64,000 bases of DNA from an uncultured Clostridia bacterium (GTDB taxonomy: Bacteria > Bacillota > Clostridia > Oscillospirales > Acutalibacteraceae). The position numbers were made by a program, and so were the translations under genes. Shown in pieces: positions 29,202 to 39,617 of this stretch. The stretch's first letter is position 1; each line of letters begins with the position of its first letter. The notes beneath the pieces are model-generated. The model saw nothing but the letters and a program-made list of their open reading frames with translations. It was not told where the DNA came from and ran no database searches. The stretch spans positions 39,250-103,249 of the forward strand of contig CAKZZL010000014.1 in the NCBI GenBank assembly GCA_937884995.1. The letters are read 5' to 3'.

Positions 29202-30550
29202 TATACAAGCCTTTCTTCTACCACTTTTGCAATAGATTCAGCCAAATCTTTAATCTTTTCATAATCTTGGCCTTCAAGCATAACTCTGACTAAAGGCTCA
29301 GTACCTGATACTCGCACGAGAACTCTGCCACTGTCACCAAGTTCATCACTTGCTTCTTTGATAGCATTTTGAACTTCCGGATCTTTATCGAGTCTTTGTT
29401 TACCAAAATTGGAAACTCTGACATTTATGAGAACCTGAGGATATACTTCCATTTCCGAAGCAAGTTCAGAAATTTTCTTTCCTGTACGTTTCAAGACATT
29501 CAAAATCTGAATAGCAGAGAGCTGCCCGTCGCCTGTTGTTGCATAATCAAGGAAAATAACATGTCCCGATTGTTCGCCGCCGATTACATAATCATTCTCC
29601 GTCATATTTTCAAGAACATATCTGTCCCCTACTTTTGTCTTTTCGCAATGTATATCATACTTTTCACAAAACTTGAAAAATCCCATATTGCTCATTACTG
29701 TAACAACGGCTGCATTGTTCTTCAGTTTGCCGTTTTCTTTCATATACTTGGAGCAAATAGCAATTATCTTGTCGCCGTCAACGATTTCACCGTTTTCGTC
29801 GACTATGAGCATTCTGTCAGCATCGCCGTCAAACGCAAAACCTATGTCGCATTGATTATATACAACATACTTTTGAAGTTGACTCATATGTGTTGAACCG
29901 CAATTATCATTGATATTAACACCGTTAGGCTCATTGTTTATGATATGACAATCAGCGCCCAGTCTTGTGAAAAGAGCTTTGGCTGTAACAGAAGCCGAAC
30001 CATTAGCACAGTCAAGAGCAATCTTCATACCCTTAAAGTCACCGTCGGAAGTCATTGCAAGATGGAAGATATAATCATCAACCGCAGTATCTGAAAAATG
30101 AATTCTGCCGACTTCACCACCCAGCATAACAGGCGGAATTTTAGTCTCATCGAGGATAATTTCTTCTATTTCATTTTCGAGTTTATCCGGCAATTTGTAT
30201 CCATTGCCCTGGAAAATCTTAATTCCGTTATACTCACAAGGGTTATGTGAAGCTGAAATCATGATACCTGCATCATAGTTGTACTCTTTAACGAGAAAAG
30301 CAACTGCAGGTGTAGGCGCTACGTCTATAACCAGTACATCTGCACCTACTGAGCAAAGTCCCGCACTTATTGCAGAACAAAGCATATGAGATGATATCCT
30401 TGTATCCATTCCTATAAGGACTTTAGGCTTATGTTCCATTTCTTCGGTCAGAACCATTGCGGCTGCACGACCGATTTTCATAGCTAATTCGCAGGAAAGT
30501 TCACTGTTTGCAACTCCCCTTGCGCCGTCTGTTCCAAATAATCTACCCAT
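29201..30550 (-). CDS. glmM: phosphoglucosamine mutase
   Basis: 449 aa. Starts MGRLFGTDGARG. Active site ISASHNPCEYNGIK and metal loop FDGDADR. Confidence 0.95.
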   Translation of the reverse strand: MGRLFGTDGARGVANSELSCELAMKIGRAAAMVLTEEMEHKPKVLIGMDTRISSHMLCSAISAGLCSVGADVLVIDVAPTPAVAFLVKEYNYDAGIMISASHNPCEYNGIKIFQGNGYKLPDKLENEIEEIILDETKIPPVMLGGEVGRIHFSDTAVDDYIFHLAMTSDGDFKGMKIALDCANGSASVTAKALFTRLGADCHIINNEPNGVNINDNCGSTHMSQLQKYVVYNQCDIGFAFDGDADRMLIVDENGEIVDGDKIIAICSKYMKENGKLKNNAAVVTVMSNMGFFKFCEKYDIHCEKTKVGDRYVLENMTENDYVIGGEQSGHVIFLDYATTGDGQLSAIQILNVLKRTGKKISELASEMEVYPQVLINVRVSNFGKQRLDKDPEVQNAIKEASDELGDSGRVLVRVSGTEPLVRVMLEGQDYEKIKDLAESIAKVVEERLV

Positions 30551-30562
30551 AACAGTCTCCCA

Positions 30563-31585
30563 TTAAAGCAATGATGTTTGATATTCAAGTCCCAAATGCT
30601 TATATGCAAGAGGTGTGGCAACTCTTCCTCTCGGAGTTTTCGCCAAAAATCCTATTTGCATAAGATATGGTTCATAAACATCTTCAATCGTGATTGCTTC
30701 TTCACCTATTGTTGCGGCTATAGTTTCAAGACCTACCGGTCCGCCGTTGAAATTCTTTATCATGGTTGTGAGCATCAGCCTGTCTATATTATCAAGTCCT
30801 ATCTCATCAATTTCCATTCTGTTTAACGCAATCTTTGCATTTTCTTCATTAATAACGCCATTACTCATTACCTGAGCAAAATCTCTTGCTCTTTTTAAGA
30901 GTCTGTTTGCTATTCTCGGTGTGCCTCTTGAACGGGATGCAATTTCAATAGCGCCGTCGTCTTCAGTAAAGATGTCAAGAATTCCTGCGCTTCTCTTTAC
31001 AATCTGAGCAAGTTCTTCGGGAGTATAGAGCTCAAGCCTTAAAATGACACCAAAACGGTCTCTTAAAGGAGCTGTTAACTGGCCGGCTCTTGTTGTTGCA
31101 CCTACCAAAGTAAATCTCGGAAGGTCGAGTCTTATAGACCTTGCTGATGGACCTTTTCCTATGATGATATCAAGAGCATTATCTTCCATAGCAGGATAAA
31201 GTACTTCTTCAACTGCTCTTGAGAGTCTATGAATCTCATCGATGAAAAGAACATCGCCGTCATTTAAGTTTGTAAGGAGTGCGGCAAGATCGCCCGGCTT
31301 TTCTATTGCAGGTCCACTTGTTACCCTTATTTGAACGCCCATCTCATTAGCGATGATACCTGCAAGAGTTGTTTTGCCAAGTCCGGGAGGTCCGTACAAA
31401 AGAACATGGTCAAGTGTTTCGCCGCGGTTTTTAGCGGCATCGATATACACTTTAAGATTTTCTTTTACTTTTTCCTGTCCTATATACTCATTGAGTGTCT
31501 TTGGCCTTAATGAGTTTTCTATTTCTTTATCTGTTTCCGTAAAACCGGGAGTGACAATTCTGTTTTCGTTATTATCAAAATCCAT
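30563..31585 (-). CDS. ruvB: Holliday junction branch migration helicase RuvB
   Basis: 340 aa. Motifs [20 protein letters not shown] and RTPRGR. Confidence 0.95.
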   Translation of the reverse strand: MDFDNNENRIVTPGFTETDKEIENSLRPKTLNEYIGQEKVKENLKVYIDAAKNRGETLDHVLLYGPPGLGKTTLAGIIANEMGVQIRVTSGPAIEKPGDLAALLTNLNDGDVLFIDEIHRLSRAVEEVLYPAMEDNALDIIIGKGPSARSIRLDLPRFTLVGATTRAGQLTAPLRDRFGVILRLELYTPEELAQIVKRSAGILDIFTEDDGAIEIASRSRGTPRIANRLLKRARDFAQVMSNGVINEENAKIALNRMEIDEIGLDNIDRLMLTTMIKNFNGGPVGLETIAATIGEEAITIEDVYEPYLMQIGFLAKTPRGRVATPLAYKHLGLEYQTSLL

Positions 31586-31596
31586 ATTATTTCCTC

Positions 31597-32184
31597 TTAT
31601 TTAGACATGTTTTTAAGAGCTTGTTTGATTATTTCCTCAACTTCGAGCGAAGGATCTATCTGACTTACCGCAAGGCTTGCATCTGACTGGCTGTAGCCAA
31701 GAGAAGTAAGCGCTGCGACAGCTTCGGCAGAACTCGTGTTATTCATTATCTTGCTTACCTCAGTAACATTTTCAACATGTACAGAACTCATCTTATCTTT
31801 AAGTTCATTGACAATTCTTTGAGCAAGTTTAGTTCCTACGCCGTTTGCTTTGGTCAAAGATTTATAGTCGCCGGCAGCTATACTTAATGCAACATTGTCA
31901 GGAGTTAAGACTGACAAAACTGCAAGAGCATATTTAGGTCCTACGCCGGAAATTGTAATAAGGAGCTTAAAACAGTCAAGTTCGGACTTGTCATAAAAGC
32001 CATAAAGATCCATCGCATCTTCTTTAACATTTAAGTATGTATAAAGTGTGACTTTTTCACCAATCACAGAACAACTTCTTGCTGTTGCTTCACTTGTATT
32101 GCACATAAATGCGATTCCGTTACAATCAACGGCAACATATGCCGGAGAATAATCAAGGACTGTACCGGTCAATGAATAAAACAT
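31597..32184 (-). CDS. ruvA: Holliday junction DNA-binding protein RuvA
   Basis: The track ORF extends to 32244. I prefer the ATG at 32184 (MFYSLTGTV...), which lies after the ruvC stop at 32190. It has the HhH motifs ISGVGPK and [11 protein letters not shown]. Confidence 0.9.
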   Translation of the reverse strand: MFYSLTGTVLDYSPAYVAVDCNGIAFMCNTSEATARSCSVIGEKVTLYTYLNVKEDAMDLYGFYDKSELDCFKLLITISGVGPKYALAVLSVLTPDNVALSIAAGDYKSLTKANGVGTKLAQRIVNELKDKMSSVHVENVTEVSKIMNNTSSAEAVAALTSLGYSQSDASLAVSQIDPSLEVEEIIKQALKNMSK

Positions 32185-32189
32185 AAAAA

Positions 32190-32690
32190 TCACCTCAAAT
32201 TCTGAAGTCTTCCCAAGGTGCTTCCGCTTGCATGAGCATGGCATATCGCCATAGCGAGAGCATCCGCAGTATCATCGGGCTTTGGAATTTTGTCAAGTTT
32301 CAGGATAACTCTTGTCATTTCCTGAACCTGTTTTTTCTCAGCCCTGCCGTAGCCTACAACACTTTGCTTAACCTGCAAGGGAGTATATTCAAATATATCA
32401 AGATTGTTTTTTACTGCAGCCAGGTTTATAACCCCTCTTGCCTGGGCAACATCAATAACTGTTTTTGCGTTGGTGTTATAGAATAGCTTTTCAATTGCCA
32501 TGGCTTCGGGTTTATATCTCTCAATGATTTCATTTACGCCGTCGAAAACCATTTCAAGTCTTTTATTAAAAGGAGTTTTTGCCTCAGTGGTAACAGCACC
32601 GAAATCAATGACTTTGAACTTGTTGGCACTGTATTCTATAACTCCCCAGCCGACTATTGCATAGCCCGGGTCAATGCCTAGGATAATCAT
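32190..32690 (-). CDS. ruvC: crossover junction endodeoxyribonuclease RuvC
   Basis: 166 aa. Starts MIILGIDPGYAIVGWG, with DAADALA-type C-terminal residues (DDTADALAMAICH). Confidence 0.93.
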   Translation of the reverse strand: MIILGIDPGYAIVGWGVIEYSANKFKVIDFGAVTTEAKTPFNKRLEMVFDGVNEIIERYKPEAMAIEKLFYNTNAKTVIDVAQARGVINLAAVKNNLDIFEYTPLQVKQSVVGYGRAEKKQVQEMTRVILKLDKIPKPDDTADALAMAICHAHASGSTLGRLQNLR

Positions 32691-32858
32691 GACATACTAC
32701 CTCACTATAAAATCATTATATTTTACCATATACGAAGGAGCTTTTCAACCATTAAATGTCCTTAAAATTACCCTTTTGCTTTCAATTTTCTCTTTTTTCT
32801 TCTTGACAAGTGTAGTATAATTATATCCGTTATAATCTGATGAAAGGAAGTATGCAAT

Positions 32859-34214
32859 ATGTCGAAAATAATTGTGGCGGGTGCAGGTATCGGCGGAATT
32901 GTATCTGCAGGAAAGCTTGCAGCAGTCGGACATGATGTAACGCTCTATGAAACCAAAGATATATCGCAGTGCGGGCATGACCAAAAAGATGCATTTGATG
33001 CCACAGCCATGGACTTTGCAGGCATAGAGATTCCCGACGGATATATTACTCCTCCAAATCAGATAACATATTACTCTAAAGACAAAAATATAGACGGGCT
33101 GAGAGTCCCGGCATTGGAAAATTATATAAACATAAACGTAGAAAGAAAAACATTATTTAATTACCTATATTCACTTGCATTAAAGGATGGAGTTAAATTT
33201 TCCTTTAACACCAAAGTTATCTCCCCTATCATTGAAAACGATAAAGTTATCGGCATAAAGACAGATAAAGGAGATAAATTTGCGGATATGATAATTGATT
33301 CATGCGGAATCGATTCTCCTTTGAGAACAAATCTTCCGGAATCAATGCTGATAGAAAAAGAAGCAGGAAAATATAACTATATATACTCATACAGAGTTAT
33401 ATATGACAGAAAGGCAAATCTCAGTGACCCTGTTGATACTTACAGCATTTACTTTATAAGTGACACAGGTTTTGTATGGGAAATAACGGAAGACGACTAT
33501 GTCGACATTCTCATTGTAGACTTTAATGACATTTCTTCATTTATGATTTCGGACTCAATGATGCAAATCAGAGAAAGAAATCCACATATAGGAAGAGGAA
33601 AAATCAGAAACGGCAGATTTTGTAAAATACCTGTTCGCCAGCCCGCAGCAGTCTTTGTTGCAAATTCTTATGCAGCAATAGGTGATGCAGCATTCATGAC
33701 AGCTCCCATTAAAGGCTCCGGAATATCAAATTCCCTTAAAGCCGCAACTATACTTGCTAACGTTATATGTGAAGAAACAGAAGATAATTTCGGCGTTGAA
33801 CACTTATGGAAATATGAAATCGAATATTTCAACCAAGTCGGTTTTAACTCTTGTAAACAGGCACTTATGAAAAACTTAGTTCCGCATATGACGGCAGATG
33901 AAATAAGCGAAATATTTAAAAAAGGACTTATAACCAACGAAGAAATTACCTATATATATTCAAATAATGTTTCTCTGCCGAGACTTATACGAAAAGCAAA
34001 AGATAAAATAAAAGTAATAAACGATTTACCGGAATTTAAGAATCAACTTTTAATGCTTGTTGCAGCCTATGGCAGATTTGCACTGCTTGATAACACATTG
34101 CCTCAAACATATTCAAAAGATGAACTTATCAAGTGGAAAAACAGATATAACAATTTCTTTGACAACTTGCTTATTCCAAATCAAGAAGAAAATGAAATCG
34201 AAGATGATGAATAA
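32859..34214 (+). CDS. FAD/NAD(P)-binding oxidoreductase (geranylgeranyl-reductase-like family)
   Basis: 451 aa. N-terminal dinucleotide fold IIVAGAGIGGIVSAGKLA...V.LYE and a later GDAA motif (IGDAAFM). Confidence 0.68.
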   Translation: MSKIIVAGAGIGGIVSAGKLAAVGHDVTLYETKDISQCGHDQKDAFDATAMDFAGIEIPDGYITPPNQITYYSKDKNIDGLRVPALENYININVERKTLFNYLYSLALKDGVKFSFNTKVISPIIENDKVIGIKTDKGDKFADMIIDSCGIDSPLRTNLPESMLIEKEAGKYNYIYSYRVIYDRKANLSDPVDTYSIYFISDTGFVWEITEDDYVDILIVDFNDISSFMISDSMMQIRERNPHIGRGKIRNGRFCKIPVRQPAAVFVANSYAAIGDAAFMTAPIKGSGISNSLKAATILANVICEETEDNFGVEHLWKYEIEYFNQVGFNSCKQALMKNLVPHMTADEISEIFKKGLITNEEITYIYSNNVSLPRLIRKAKDKIKVINDLPEFKNQLLMLVAAYGRFALLDNTLPQTYSKDELIKWKNRYNNFFDNLLIPNQEENEIEDDE

Positions 34215-34240
34215 AAATGTCCCCATCACAGGGACATTTT
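34212..34240. terminator. bidirectional rho-independent terminator between convergent genes
   Basis: AAAAATGTCCC-CATCACA-GGGACATTTTT, a perfect stem flanked by an A-run and a T-run. Confidence 0.75.
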
Positions 34241-35071
34241 TCATATATCAATTTCTAAAATAATGGGTGTGTGGTCTGCTCTTTCTCCTGAATCTAACAT
34301 CTTAGCCTTTTTTATTTTGTCTGCAATTCTGTTACTTAATATATAGTAATCAATTCTCCATCCCGAGTTGTTTATCTTGCTGGTCCTTATCCTTTGTGAC
34401 CACCATGAATAAACATTTTCAACATCACCGTTTAAGTATCTGAAGCTGTCCGTAAAACCGGCGGAGAGCAAGTTCGAAAAGCCCTCTCTTTCTTCATCCG
34501 TAAAGCCTGCAGACATATGATTGCTTGCAGGATTTGCAAGATCTATCTCCTTATGAGCGACATTAAAATCTCCGCATGCAATTACAGCTTTTCTCTTATC
34601 CAGCTCACACAGATAATCGCAAAAAAGCTTATCCCAGGCCATTCTGTCTTTTAATCTTTTCAGGCCGTCACCTGCATTTGGAGTATATACATTTACAAGA
34701 TAAAAGTCATCAAACTCTGCTGTAAGCAAACGGCCTTCATAGTCCATTGTATCCGGCGCCCATATTTTAGGTGCATTGACTGTGACCTCAAGTCCGGGTT
34801 TTATTATGAACATAGTACCTGCATAACCCTTTCTTGCAGGTTCAACAGAACTTACCCACTCTATTTTGTAAGCCGGGAAATATTCATTTAATTTTTCCAA
34901 ATGAATCATTGACGGACCATCTGCAGGAAGTTTTGTTTCCTGAATAGCTATGACATCAGGATTATAATCTTTAATTTCAGTCAGGACATTTTGTGTAAGA
35001 ATCGCTCTTGATGAACTTGATGTCAAAGCTGCATTCAATGAGTCTATATTCCATGAAATAAACTTATACAT
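34241..35071 (-). CDS. xth: exodeoxyribonuclease III
   Basis: The track start at 35083 is TTG. I prefer the ATG at 35071 (MYKFISWNIDSLN...) with GGAG 6 nt upstream. Motifs IAIQETK, GDFNVAH and SDHTPI-like (ADHTPI). Confidence 0.9.
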   Translation of the reverse strand: MYKFISWNIDSLNAALTSSSSRAILTQNVLTEIKDYNPDVIAIQETKLPADGPSMIHLEKLNEYFPAYKIEWVSSVEPARKGYAGTMFIIKPGLEVTVNAPKIWAPDTMDYEGRLLTAEFDDFYLVNVYTPNAGDGLKRLKDRMAWDKLFCDYLCELDKRKAVIACGDFNVAHKEIDLANPASNHMSAGFTDEEREGFSNLLSAGFTDSFRYLNGDVENVYSWWSQRIRTSKINNSGWRIDYYILSNRIADKIKKAKMLDSGERADHTPIILEIDI

Positions 35072-35134
35072 TTTCTTCTCCAATAAGCTGTTTGTCTATA
35101 AAGGAGTCCTATTCGGACTCCTTTATGCATTTCC

Positions 35135-37162
35135 TTATTTTGTTATTGTTTTCTGGTTATATGCGCTGAGTGTTGAACCATTGTATGCTCGTACAGCATA
35201 TGTATATTTTGTTCCTGTCTTTGCAGTCTTATCCACATATGTAAGGGATGTGGTTGTTCCTATCTTTGAATAAGAACCTGAACCTGTCTTACGATATACA
35301 TAATAGCCTTTGGCACCTGCTACTTTTGTCCAGCTTACTTTTACAGCCGCAGATGTTTTAGTTAATGTTATTGTCGGATTTGTAAGTCTTACAATAGCTT
35401 TTCCTGCATAAGCACTCATTACATTTCCGTTATATGCTCTTACTGTATATGTATAAGATGTTCCTGCTTTTGCAGTTTTATCAAGATATGTAAGAGATGT
35501 GGTTGTTCCTATCTTTGAATAAGAACCGGAAGCCGTCTTACGATATACATAATATCCTTTAGCGCCTGCTACTTTTGTAATTGTAACCTTAACCCCGTCT
35601 GCTGTGTTTGCAAGAGTAAATGCAGGATTTGCAAGTCTTATGCTTGTAACAGGTGTATACCAGCTTGTTACGCTGCCGTTTTGTGATCTTACTGCATATG
35701 TATATGATGTTCCGGCTTTTGCTGTCTTATCTGTGTAATAAAGATTTGTGCCGGCGCCGAGTTTTGTATACTGGCTTTCACCTGCGGCCTTACGGTAAAC
35801 GATATATTTTATATCGCCTGTATTTTTTGTCCATGTTATTTTTAATCCGTCAGTGGTATTTGTAACCTTTATTGTAGGATTTGCAAGGCGAATTAAGGAA
35901 AGTCCGCTTGTATCATATTTTGATTTTACAGTTCCGTCTCCTATATATCCTCTTACAGTGTATGTGTAAGTCGTCCCGGCAACTGCCTTTGTGTCAATAT
36001 ATGTTAAAGCTGCACCTGCATCACCGATTTTTTTCCAATCTGTAGTTGATGTTTTTCTATAAACATAATATCCTGCAGAACCGCCAAGAGCGCTCCATTT
36101 AAGCTGGATTCCCTTTGTAGCATTGGAAATACTCAAAAGTTTCGGAGCTTTATTCTTATTTGCCCATTCTGAATATGTTGCGGTGGAAAGAGTCGGATAT
36201 GTCAGGCTGAACGTACTGGCGGGATAATGAATACCATCTGCTGTATGTGTTACAGACCATGCTTTATTTGTGAAATTGCTGTCAACACTGCTTGTTCCTG
36301 TCAGAAAATAATCATAATATATTTTGCTGACACTGTCTTGATCATCCCAGGTTACATCAACGCCATACCATTTGCCGTCATCCATCTGTACAGCATTCCA
36401 CTCATGCTCTCCTGATCCTGATGAAGTTTCGGATGTACCAATAATCAATATACAAGGAATAGATTCACGATCACAAAGAAGTTTAAATGCTTCTGCATAG
36501 CCTTCACAAACAGATTTACCATTCAAGAAAACACCTGTCGGATGATGGTTCATCTTCGCGCTGAATGTATAATCATACGTATTCAGTTCAGCTATTTTAT
36601 CATGTATAGCTTTAACTTTGTCATAGCGTGTGCTGCCACTGATACTATTTGAATCAATTATGGAATTCATTTTTGTATATGCAGTTTTTACGGCGCTGAA
36701 ACTTGCATAATTACTCGTGTCTGAATTTCCTTCATCAAAAGTTATGTCAAAATTTGTAAGAGAATAAGTTCCACTTGATATGCTGAATGAGAAACTTGTG
36801 CTGTATCCGCCTATCCAGAAATATTCAGGATAATCATCAATTGCAGCAGACAAAGCACCTATAACTGCGTTCTGGCAAAGTTTGCTTAGAGCGCTTTCTG
36901 AACTTGCTGTAAATGTCGATAGGTCAGTAATGCTTACCTGTCCGTTGTTATTAAGCCCGCCTTTTTGGCCAACAACGGCATTGTATACAACCTTTTGTCT
37001 TGCATCAAGCTGATTATAGAAAAGATACGTGTTGCTTGCATTTGAATCTGCTTGTCTGAAGCTGTATCCTTTTATTCCTTCCGCACTTGAAGCAAAAGAA
37101 AATACAGAAGCCAAAATACAAATGCATAATATAAGAGAAAGAGATTTTTTCATATTCAGCAC
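35135..37162 (-). CDS. secreted transglutaminase-like (Cys-His-Asp) domain protein with four C-terminal Fn3/Ig-like repeats
   Basis: 675 aa with a signal peptide. The core is CEGYAEAFKLLC...GEHEWNAV...GVDVTWDD. It is followed by four modules of about 83 aa (...GYYVYRKT..SY.KIG.TTSLTY.DKTAKAGTSYTYTVRAYNG...). Confidence 0.75.
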   Translation of the reverse strand: MLNMKKSLSLILCICILASVFSFASSAEGIKGYSFRQADSNASNTYLFYNQLDARQKVVYNAVVGQKGGLNNNGQVSITDLSTFTASSESALSKLCQNAVIGALSAAIDDYPEYFWIGGYSTSFSFSISSGTYSLTNFDITFDEGNSDTSNYASFSAVKTAYTKMNSIIDSNSISGSTRYDKVKAIHDKIAELNTYDYTFSAKMNHHPTGVFLNGKSVCEGYAEAFKLLCDRESIPCILIIGTSETSSGSGEHEWNAVQMDDGKWYGVDVTWDDQDSVSKIYYDYFLTGTSSVDSNFTNKAWSVTHTADGIHYPASTFSLTYPTLSTATYSEWANKNKAPKLLSISNATKGIQLKWSALGGSAGYYVYRKTSTTDWKKIGDAGAALTYIDTKAVAGTTYTYTVRGYIGDGTVKSKYDTSGLSLIRLANPTIKVTNTTDGLKITWTKNTGDIKYIVYRKAAGESQYTKLGAGTNLYYTDKTAKAGTSYTYAVRSQNGSVTSWYTPVTSIRLANPAFTLANTADGVKVTITKVAGAKGYYVYRKTASGSYSKIGTTTSLTYLDKTAKAGTSYTYTVRAYNGNVMSAYAGKAIVRLTNPTITLTKTSAAVKVSWTKVAGAKGYYVYRKTGSGSYSKIGTTTSLTYVDKTAKTGTKYTYAVRAYNGSTLSAYNQKTITK
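35138..36145 (-). repeat. tandem coding repeats (about 249-bp period, 4 copies) inside the transglutaminase-like gene
   Basis: For example, TGGTTGTTCCTATCTTTGAATAAGAACC occurs at 35251 and again at 35500, a period of 249 nt. The two distal copies are nearly identical at the DNA level. Confidence 0.75.
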
Positions 37163-37226
37163 ACTCCTTTAAGTATTTTAAAATGATTTTATCACAAATA
37201 ATATTACAGTTCAATCAAAATCAGAT

Positions 37227-37883
37227 TTATTTAACATTTTCATTTTTATATAAGTCAGGCAGCATCTTTGCAAGATTGCGATATTCTTGATAACAATGCT
37301 CGGTCATACCTTTTGCAGTCTCTTCAGTTAAAACAAACTTTCTGACAACAGGATTTTCAGCAAGCTGTCCTATCCAGAATCTGCTGACAAGAAACAAGCC
37401 GTCTTCATCCTGTCTGAAAATATGAGCCATTTCAGTATGAAAGACAAGGCCCCTGAAAGCTCCCACGTGTCCGCATACTATTAAGGGAAATGAGTTATCA
37501 TCCATAGTTTTCTTATCAAAGCCGAAGTCTTCCGGGCTTACAAAATCTATTCTGAGAGGCAGTCTTCTGCCTCCTATTCTTTCTACCGGAAATTGCGAAT
37601 TGGGAGAAAAGGCAGGCATCTTTTCCTGCTGAAAATACGACTTATCTTTTTTTGCATAAGAAACAGCAAAATGTTCTCCCGGGAACCATGCCTTGTAGCG
37701 CTCATCAGCCTGCGGATGCCACCAAAACCACCAATTTATCATATCAGTAGTAATGCCGGGCATAGGGCATGTCATTGAGACAAGATAATTTCCGTCAGGA
37801 AGTTTTGCAAATCCCATCTCTTTCTGGATATCTTTTGATTTTAAAATTTCGTTTTTGTCTTTGAATTCAGTTAATGTTATCAT
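37227..37883 (-). CDS. hypothetical hydrolase-like protein (possibly DAPG-hydrolase/PhlG-domain family)
   Basis: The track ORF extends to 37964. I prefer the ATG at 37883 (MITLTEFKDK...), downstream of the preceding stop at 37894. The WWFWWHPQADERYKAWFP segment recalls PhlG-type domains, but the family call is from memory. Confidence 0.45.
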   Translation of the reverse strand: MITLTEFKDKNEILKSKDIQKEMGFAKLPDGNYLVSMTCPMPGITTDMINWWFWWHPQADERYKAWFPGEHFAVSYAKKDKSYFQQEKMPAFSPNSQFPVERIGGRRLPLRIDFVSPEDFGFDKKTMDDNSFPLIVCGHVGAFRGLVFHTEMAHIFRQDEDGLFLVSRFWIGQLAENPVVRKFVLTEETAKGMTEHCYQEYRNLAKMLPDLYKNENVK

Positions 37884-37893
37884 TATTACCTTG

Positions 37894-38781
37894 TTATTCC
37901 TTTTTCTTACTTTCACTGTAAAGATGAGTTTTTGAACTGCGGTCTTTTTGTACACCGCGTGCATAAATTATCTCCGGATAACCGAATCCGACTATCAAAC
38001 CCGTGTAGTGTTCTCTGGGTATGTTAAGCATCTCTCTGGCTTTCGGTGCAAGTTCATTAAGCACCTCAGCCGAATAACTCATTATGGTTGTACCGAGTCC
38101 GTATGCATTACATAAAAGTTCAAAATATGCTGTAGCTATATTGCAATTGACTTTACTGTCCTCAGCCCATTTGCCCACACACTTTTCATGAGCTATAAAG
38201 AGATGAGGCGCACTACAGAAAAGGAGATCACCTTTTCTGACAGTTTTTTCGGACTCTTTCATTTTTGAATAATAAAAGTCACTGAAGCTGTGGGTATATA
38301 TATGTCTTTTTGCTTTTTCATCCATCACAGAATATGCTTCATGCCGGATTTCTTTTACTCTGTCCTTATCATCAATAACCGTATATTCAACTCCCTGAGC
38401 ATTTCCGCCTGTCGGAGCAGCAGCCATGGCAGAAAGAATTCTTTTTAATATTTTTTTATCAACATTCTTATCGAGAAATCTGCGGCAGGAACGACGACTT
38501 GTAATCAGTTCTTCCATATACATGCCCATTTCTGCGGGTGGCAAAGGAAGAGAATCTTTAGCTTTTTTGCCGAAGATGGAGATTGCAGAAGTCGGACAAA
38601 CGGCAAGACAATGCTGACATCTCCAGCATCCGCGCCAACCGAAACGTTCAAATTCTTTCATATACGGATAACCGTCAGCACCGAGTTCGAGAACCATACC
38701 CGAACAAGTATTTATACATTTACCGCAGTTAATACATTTGGACTTATCAATATAAAAATTCGTCCTTTGTTCCATTCCCAT
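37894..38781 (-). CDS. 4Fe-4S ferredoxin domain fused to a nitroreductase-family domain
   Basis: Start chosen at the ATG at 38781 (MGMEQRT...) with AAGGAG 7 nt upstream. Motifs CINCGKCINTC and CQHCLAVCP, then a nitroreductase-like SRRSCRRF... region. Confidence 0.75.
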   Translation of the reverse strand: MGMEQRTNFYIDKSKCINCGKCINTCSGMVLELGADGYPYMKEFERFGWRGCWRCQHCLAVCPTSAISIFGKKAKDSLPLPPAEMGMYMEELITSRRSCRRFLDKNVDKKILKRILSAMAAAPTGGNAQGVEYTVIDDKDRVKEIRHEAYSVMDEKAKRHIYTHSFSDFYYSKMKESEKTVRKGDLLFCSAPHLFIAHEKCVGKWAEDSKVNCNIATAYFELLCNAYGLGTTIMSYSAEVLNELAPKAREMLNIPREHYTGLIVGFGYPEIIYARGVQKDRSSKTHLYSESKKKE

Positions 38782-39331
38782 TATTCTGCTCCTTAAGCAT
38801 TTCAGCCATATTATAAGCAAGTGTTTTTATGACGGAGGCGCCGAAACTATCATGAGCGCCCAGATATCCATTCCAATAATCACTGCTTACAACAGGCATT
38901 TGACTGAAAGTAAAATACTTATTTAATCTGTCAATAGACGGAGTTGAACCGGCTCTCCAGCAAGTCGCAATCGCTGCAGCAGGTTTCCCTGCAAGCAGTT
39001 GTCCGAAATTTGCGGTTGCATAAAAAACTCTGTCAAGCAAAGCGCATAATGCGCCGTTAGGTCCGGCAAAATATACCGGTGTCCCTATGATGACAGCATC
39101 TGCTTCTAACATTTTTTCAATCAGTTCATTGCACTGATCATCATCAAAAGCGCAGCGATGCTTCTGTGAGCATCTGCCACATCCGATGCATCCCCTCACA
39201 GCTTTAGCTTCAAGCTGAAAATATGTGGTAGAAATACCGTTTTCTTTAAGTTCTTTATCCGCAATAGAAAGAGCTGCAGCAGTGTTTCCGTTATTATGCG
39301 GACTGCCGCATACGAGTAATACTTTCTTCAT
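38747..39331 (-). CDS. flavodoxin-like fold NAD(P)H-dependent FMN reductase / iron-sulfur flavoprotein
   Basis: 194 aa. Starts MKKVLLVCGSPHNNGNT. Cys cluster CIGCGRCSQKHRC. Confidence 0.75.
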   Translation of the reverse strand: MKKVLLVCGSPHNNGNTAAALSIADKELKENGISTTYFQLEAKAVRGCIGCGRCSQKHRCAFDDDQCNELIEKMLEADAVIIGTPVYFAGPNGALCALLDRVFYATANFGQLLAGKPAAAIATCWRAGSTPSIDRLNKYFTFSQMPVVSSDYWNGYLGAHDSFGASVIKTLAYNMAEMLKEQNNGNGTKDEFLY

Positions 39332-39606
39332 TATGAGGTCCTCACAGTCAAAAAATTTTTCAAATAATCATATGTTGCAATGAAAGGATCTTCGCCCTGA
39401 AGATAAATTCTGTCAAAAGGATAATACCACCCGCGTGCCAGCTCCTTTATATCTTCTTCAACGATTTCAATAGGGCTCATTGAAAAGTATGCATCTTTAT
39501 AGAAAGTGCAGAAGGCACATTTTCCATAAGAACATCCACTTGTTATTTGAAGGAAGGCATCCTGTGCTTCATAAGGAGGTCTGTTGGTATCACTTGAAAA
39601 ATGCAT
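39331..39606 (-). pseudogene. radical SAM enzyme N-terminal fragment (91 aa, truncated)
   Basis: It contains the CxxxCxxC cluster motif (CSYGKCAFC) and the following beta-strand region, but stops after 91 aa. Radical SAM cores are much longer. Strong RBS GAGGAGG upstream and a TAATG overlap with the next gene. Confidence 0.5.
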
Positions 39607-39617
39607 AGTTCCTCCTC

